Part shown: positions 60,773 to 64,000 of the stretch, piece by piece
Numbering within the stretch: the stretch's first letter is position 1
How the letters are laid out: every line of letters starts with the position of its first letter
Origin: Sedimentisphaerales bacterium
GTDB taxonomy: Bacteria > Planctomycetota > Phycisphaerae > Sedimentisphaerales > SM23-30
NCBI GenBank assembly: GCA_963663965.2
Contig: CAXXFK010000033.1
Coordinates: forward strand, 160,001-224,000
DNA: 64,000 bases
Reading direction: 5' to 3'
Made by a program: the position numbers and the translations under genes
The notes under the pieces: model-generated
What the model was told of the DNA's origin: nothing
The model's input: the letters and a program-made list of their open reading frames with translations, nothing else
Databases searched by the model: none

Positions 60773-62485
60773 ATGAGACCTCACGTCAAAAAACCGTTAT
60801 CGCGCTCAGTTAACAGTTCATTACGTCTGGAACAGTTGGAATCACGTTTTTTGCTATCGGCACACCCCGGAATTTCACATCAGATGATATCATCTGAGAA
60901 TACCCGGAATGATATAATTGGAGATACGTTCACCACCGCCGCAACCCTGACTTTGGACGCATCTGGGGACTCCACAGCCCAAAGCAGCATTGATTCCAGG
61001 AAAGACAAAGATATGTTTGTTTTTGTCGCAAACGAAAGTGGATTGGTTCAAATTGATTTGAAGGCATTAGATACCAACCTGGACACCTATTTATACGTCT
61101 ATAATAGTCGCGGAAAGTTAGTTGCACGCGATGATGACAGCGGTTCAGGGACCGATGCTCTGGTTTTGATCCAGGTAACGGCCGGGGAGAGTTATTATGT
61201 GCGGGCCGATGCTTTTCGCTCCAGCACGGGTGATTATACTTTATCAATTGATGGTCCGTCTACGGGTGAGGCTTATGCTGACGATTATGGAGATAATTTT
61301 GAAGACGCAACTTTAATTGAAGTAGATGATTATGGGAATGCCATCATTGTTGGATTAATCGGCCATATTGGAGATCAGGATCTGTTTGTTTATACAGCAA
61401 CCACGGATGGTCAGTTACAGATCGACATGAAAGCTGCTGATTCGCCTTTAGATGCCTATCTTTATGTCTATGACAGTTCCGGACGATTAATTGCCCGGAA
61501 CGATGATAGCGCAAAGGGCACGTTCGATTCCCAGATAATCATAGAAGTAGTCGCTGGCGAGCAATATTTCATTCAGGCGGATGCCTGGCACAAGAGTATT
61601 GGAGCGTATGAGTTGACTTTGACGGGGCCGGTTCCAGAGTCGGAAACTACAGAATCCGTAGCGCCGGATGAACCAGATATTACGCTGGAACCGGATGGTT
61701 CAACGGATATTATTGACACTGAATTGAGCGGCGATGGCCAGGTTGAGGGTTGGGCTGTATTGGTCAGTGCGATCGATTATCCGGGTAGTCAGAACGATCT
61801 GGCTTCCAGTCAGGTTAATCTGGACCAGATGTATCAGACGCTTATTGATGTTTATGGTTTTTCGAGCGATTCTATTCATACGCTCAGTGGGGATGGAACT
61901 GTTGTCAATTCTACGGCGATCAATACTGAGATCGTCTGGCTGGCCACTCAGGCTGACGGAAATGATCTGGTCATCTTTTATTATAGTGGTCATGGCAGTT
62001 ATGGCGCTTCGTATCAGCGTGATGACAATGAAGCGCTTTCCTTGCCAAGTGGTGAAAGTTATAGTGAAACACAACTTGCCACTCAACTGAATGAGATCAA
62101 CTCCGAAGCCAATAAAGTGGTTATTCTCGATGCCTGTTTTAGCGGCGGTTTTACCAGTTTGTGCAGCAGGGTTAGCCAGACATGGGTATTGGCGTCATCC
62201 GCCTATAATCAATATTCATGGGATACCGTATCACAATTTATGCCTGAGGGTGAGACCGGTTCGGTATTTACCAGTTGGCTGGTGACGGCCATGAATGATA
62301 CGGGATCGCTTAATGTTGATATCGACCAAAATGGACGCGTCAGTCTGGCTGAAGCATTTAATTATGCCGATCGCATGATCAATCGTCTGACCGGATTCGG
62401 GTATAACAATCAAAATCCTGTTATGAGCCCAGGAAATGTTGATCTGGATCTTATTTTACTGTCACAATCGATTGGAATGACATAA
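60773..62485 (+). CDS. LEPR-XLL-type exported protein with two PPC-like domains and a caspase-family (C14) peptidase domain
   Basis: LRLEQLESRFLLS; two repeats of LDxYLYVY...ARxDDS; YYSGHG and ILDACFSGGF dyad; DIDQNGRVSLAE. Confidence 0.85.
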   Translation: MRPHVKKPLSRSVNSSLRLEQLESRFLLSAHPGISHQMISSENTRNDIIGDTFTTAATLTLDASGDSTAQSSIDSRKDKDMFVFVANESGLVQIDLKALDTNLDTYLYVYNSRGKLVARDDDSGSGTDALVLIQVTAGESYYVRADAFRSSTGDYTLSIDGPSTGEAYADDYGDNFEDATLIEVDDYGNAIIVGLIGHIGDQDLFVYTATTDGQLQIDMKAADSPLDAYLYVYDSSGRLIARNDDSAKGTFDSQIIIEVVAGEQYFIQADAWHKSIGAYELTLTGPVPESETTESVAPDEPDITLEPDGSTDIIDTELSGDGQVEGWAVLVSAIDYPGSQNDLASSQVNLDQMYQTLIDVYGFSSDSIHTLSGDGTVVNSTAINTEIVWLATQADGNDLVIFYYSGHGSYGASYQRDDNEALSLPSGESYSETQLATQLNEINSEANKVVILDACFSGGFTSLCSRVSQTWVLASSAYNQYSWDTVSQFMPEGETGSVFTSWLVTAMNDTGSLNVDIDQNGRVSLAEAFNYADRMINRLTGFGYNNQNPVMSPGNVDLDLILLSQSIGMT

Positions 62486-62522
62486 AACACGAAACTTGAT
62501 ATTTGACGGCCCCTGTTTTGAA

Positions 62523-63263
62523 TCAGGCTTTTGTGTGTTTTTTTCTGGTTGCTATCCAATCCCATTGCATCCATAGGATGGTCAATCCCCAGGTTATCGC
62601 GATAAACATGATAATAGAGCCCAGATCGAATGATAATTGAGCCAGTGAGTGGTCCTGGGCAAGGGCATGTATCTGACCTAATAAATAGGCCCAGTCATGT
62701 TGACCTCCACCAACCAGAGGCAATGAACGGGTTCGCGCGTCATTAATATAGGGAGCGATATCCAGAAAATTCTGACCGGACCACCAAAGCATAATTGAGG
62801 CGGCAAAGGCATCTTTTTTCTGGATCAGGAATGCCATCATAATTATAAGCGGTAACGTTATCTGGAATAATGTGCCGCCCAGGAAGTGCATAAAACGGCC
62901 AAAAGGGGTAAAAATAATATGCCCTGTTTCATGGATGGGAAGGTTAATGAAGTGTAGAAATGTATTTCCACCTTGAATAAGCGGTGAACAGACCATTTTA
63001 AATGTCCAAAGACATAAGGCAGCTAATAAAGCCGCTTGAGTTATGGTTGTATAAAAAGATGCATTTTGATTGAAACATAATAACCAGCGATTCAATGCTT
63101 TAAGCCTTTTAGATGGTTTGAATTGTTGATGGGCCTGGAAAGCGGACTTATCGGACACTAAATTAACTACTCCATTTTGTTTGGTCGTATTTGTGGATTC
63201 GGGTTTTCGAATGGGTTTCTCAAGTACAGGAGTTTGATTATGCATATTTAAGTTATTCGGCAA
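62523..63263 (-). CDS. Membrane protein with M50-like HExxH motif (start uncertain)
   Basis: NLPIHETGH, PYINDA, HDW, several TM segments. Confidence 0.7.
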   Translation of the reverse strand: MPNNLNMHNQTPVLEKPIRKPESTNTTKQNGVVNLVSDKSAFQAHQQFKPSKRLKALNRWLLCFNQNASFYTTITQAALLAALCLWTFKMVCSPLIQGGNTFLHFINLPIHETGHIIFTPFGRFMHFLGGTLFQITLPLIIMMAFLIQKKDAFAASIMLWWSGQNFLDIAPYINDARTRSLPLVGGGQHDWAYLLGQIHALAQDHSLAQLSFDLGSIIMFIAITWGLTILWMQWDWIATRKKHTKA

Positions 63264-63554
63264 TGATCAATCATATCTACACTGGAATCTAAATCTGGTA
63301 TGATTGCGAAAAGGGTAATATTGAAGGGAGATCATTGAATCGAATAGCGCTGTGAATTTCATAACTTATTGTTATTAAGTGACTTTGACTTGTTGGCATT
63401 AAGCTGGCAGGATATTTATTTAAAAATTCTGCCGGTAAATTTGCCTTGATGGAGTTTGTATTTTATCTTTGTGTTGTAACGAAAATGAGTTACTTGGCAA
63501 CTGAATAAAAAGCGGATTCGAAAATGATCAATTCGACCTGAATCGTGATACAGA

Positions 63555-63756
63555 CGAGGTTTTCTTAAGCGATACAATGGGGCTGATCCGGAAAGACAGG
63601 CTCGCGTGCTGGACACGCTGTATGCCTGAGCCGGCGATAGCCTTGCCGGCACCCAAACCATGAGTGCGGTTCTTTTCGAGCCCAGACACGCATACACACA
63701 ACCTCGATTATAATAGGGCAAGGTGCCCAGCCCCCTCTCAATGGGGGCTTTTCTTT
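63555..63756 (+). ncRNA. Unassigned structured RNA candidate ending in an intrinsic terminator
   Basis: GC-rich island in AT-rich DNA with several complementary pairs (GGGGCTG/CAGCCCC, GGCTCG/CGAGCC, TGTATGC/GCATACA, GCCGGC/GCCGGC, CGAGGTT/AACCTCG); terminator at 63729-63756. Confidence 0.4.
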
Positions 63757-63890
63757 GAACTTAAACGTCTTGAATGACTGTTTTTAATAGTAACTGGAAG
63801 AAACATTCCCGAGAGAGGGAGATGGATTTTCCCACTCGCGGACATCCTGGCGGATGAAATACCCAATGTCATGATGCTCCTTTTTGACTG

Positions 63891-63951
63891 GCGGGGTCTG
63901 GTGGCGGCCCGGGCAGTAAGCTGCCTTGGTTACCATCAGACCGCTTTTTTT
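63891..63951. other. Long imperfect hairpin with a T7 tail
   Basis: GGTCTGGTGG...GGCAG-TAAG-CTGCC...CCATCAGACC followed by GC and T7. Confidence 0.55.
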
Positions 63952-64000
63952 AAGTAATTACAATTATTGATAGTAGAATATTCGACACTAAAAATATCTT

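Noticed and set aside
63579..63740. tmRNA, SRP RNA or c-di-AMP riboswitch
   Set aside because: No TTCRANT T-loop, CCA or tag frame; no SRP domain IV motif; only fragmentary ydaO-like words. Left unassigned.

Overview
This is a 64-kb bacterial chromosomal window. Its gene content (PEP-CTERM proteins, a LEPR-XLL-type secreted protein, dockerin-like tails, many secreted CAZymes) suggests a Planctomycetota/Phycisphaerae genome; that assignment is an inference. Most of the window is housekeeping and carbohydrate genes (thiC, hemB, oligoendopeptidase F, UDG, two GH92s, an MsbA-like exporter, radical SAMs). An accessory block at ~15.3-29.3 kb holds four things: an AbiEi/AbiEii pair hit by a 1465-bp IS66 (8-bp TSD visible), a DUF2284-like gene, an XRE-ImmA/PIN pair, and a three-unit array of variant PEP-CTERM genes. 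Two loci are the best candidates for undescribed systems. (1) The PEP-CTERM array at 23.0-29.2 kb: each variant gene sits behind a copy of the 3' end of a 1008-aa secreted gene, terminators separate the units, the three genes are mosaics of one another, and each carries a pure G12-G14 tract (one out of frame). This looks like cassette switching plus phase variation. (2) At 34.4-36.5 kb, a TIGR04222-like membrane protein with a 9-Cys (GCGS/GCGG)n tail lies 14 bp upstream of a radical SAM/SPASM enzyme, a possible RiPP-like modification of a membrane protein. Several +1 frameshifts in ordinary genes suggest residual sequencing errors, which weakens any single-indel interpretation. All family calls are by motif recognition; no searches were run.
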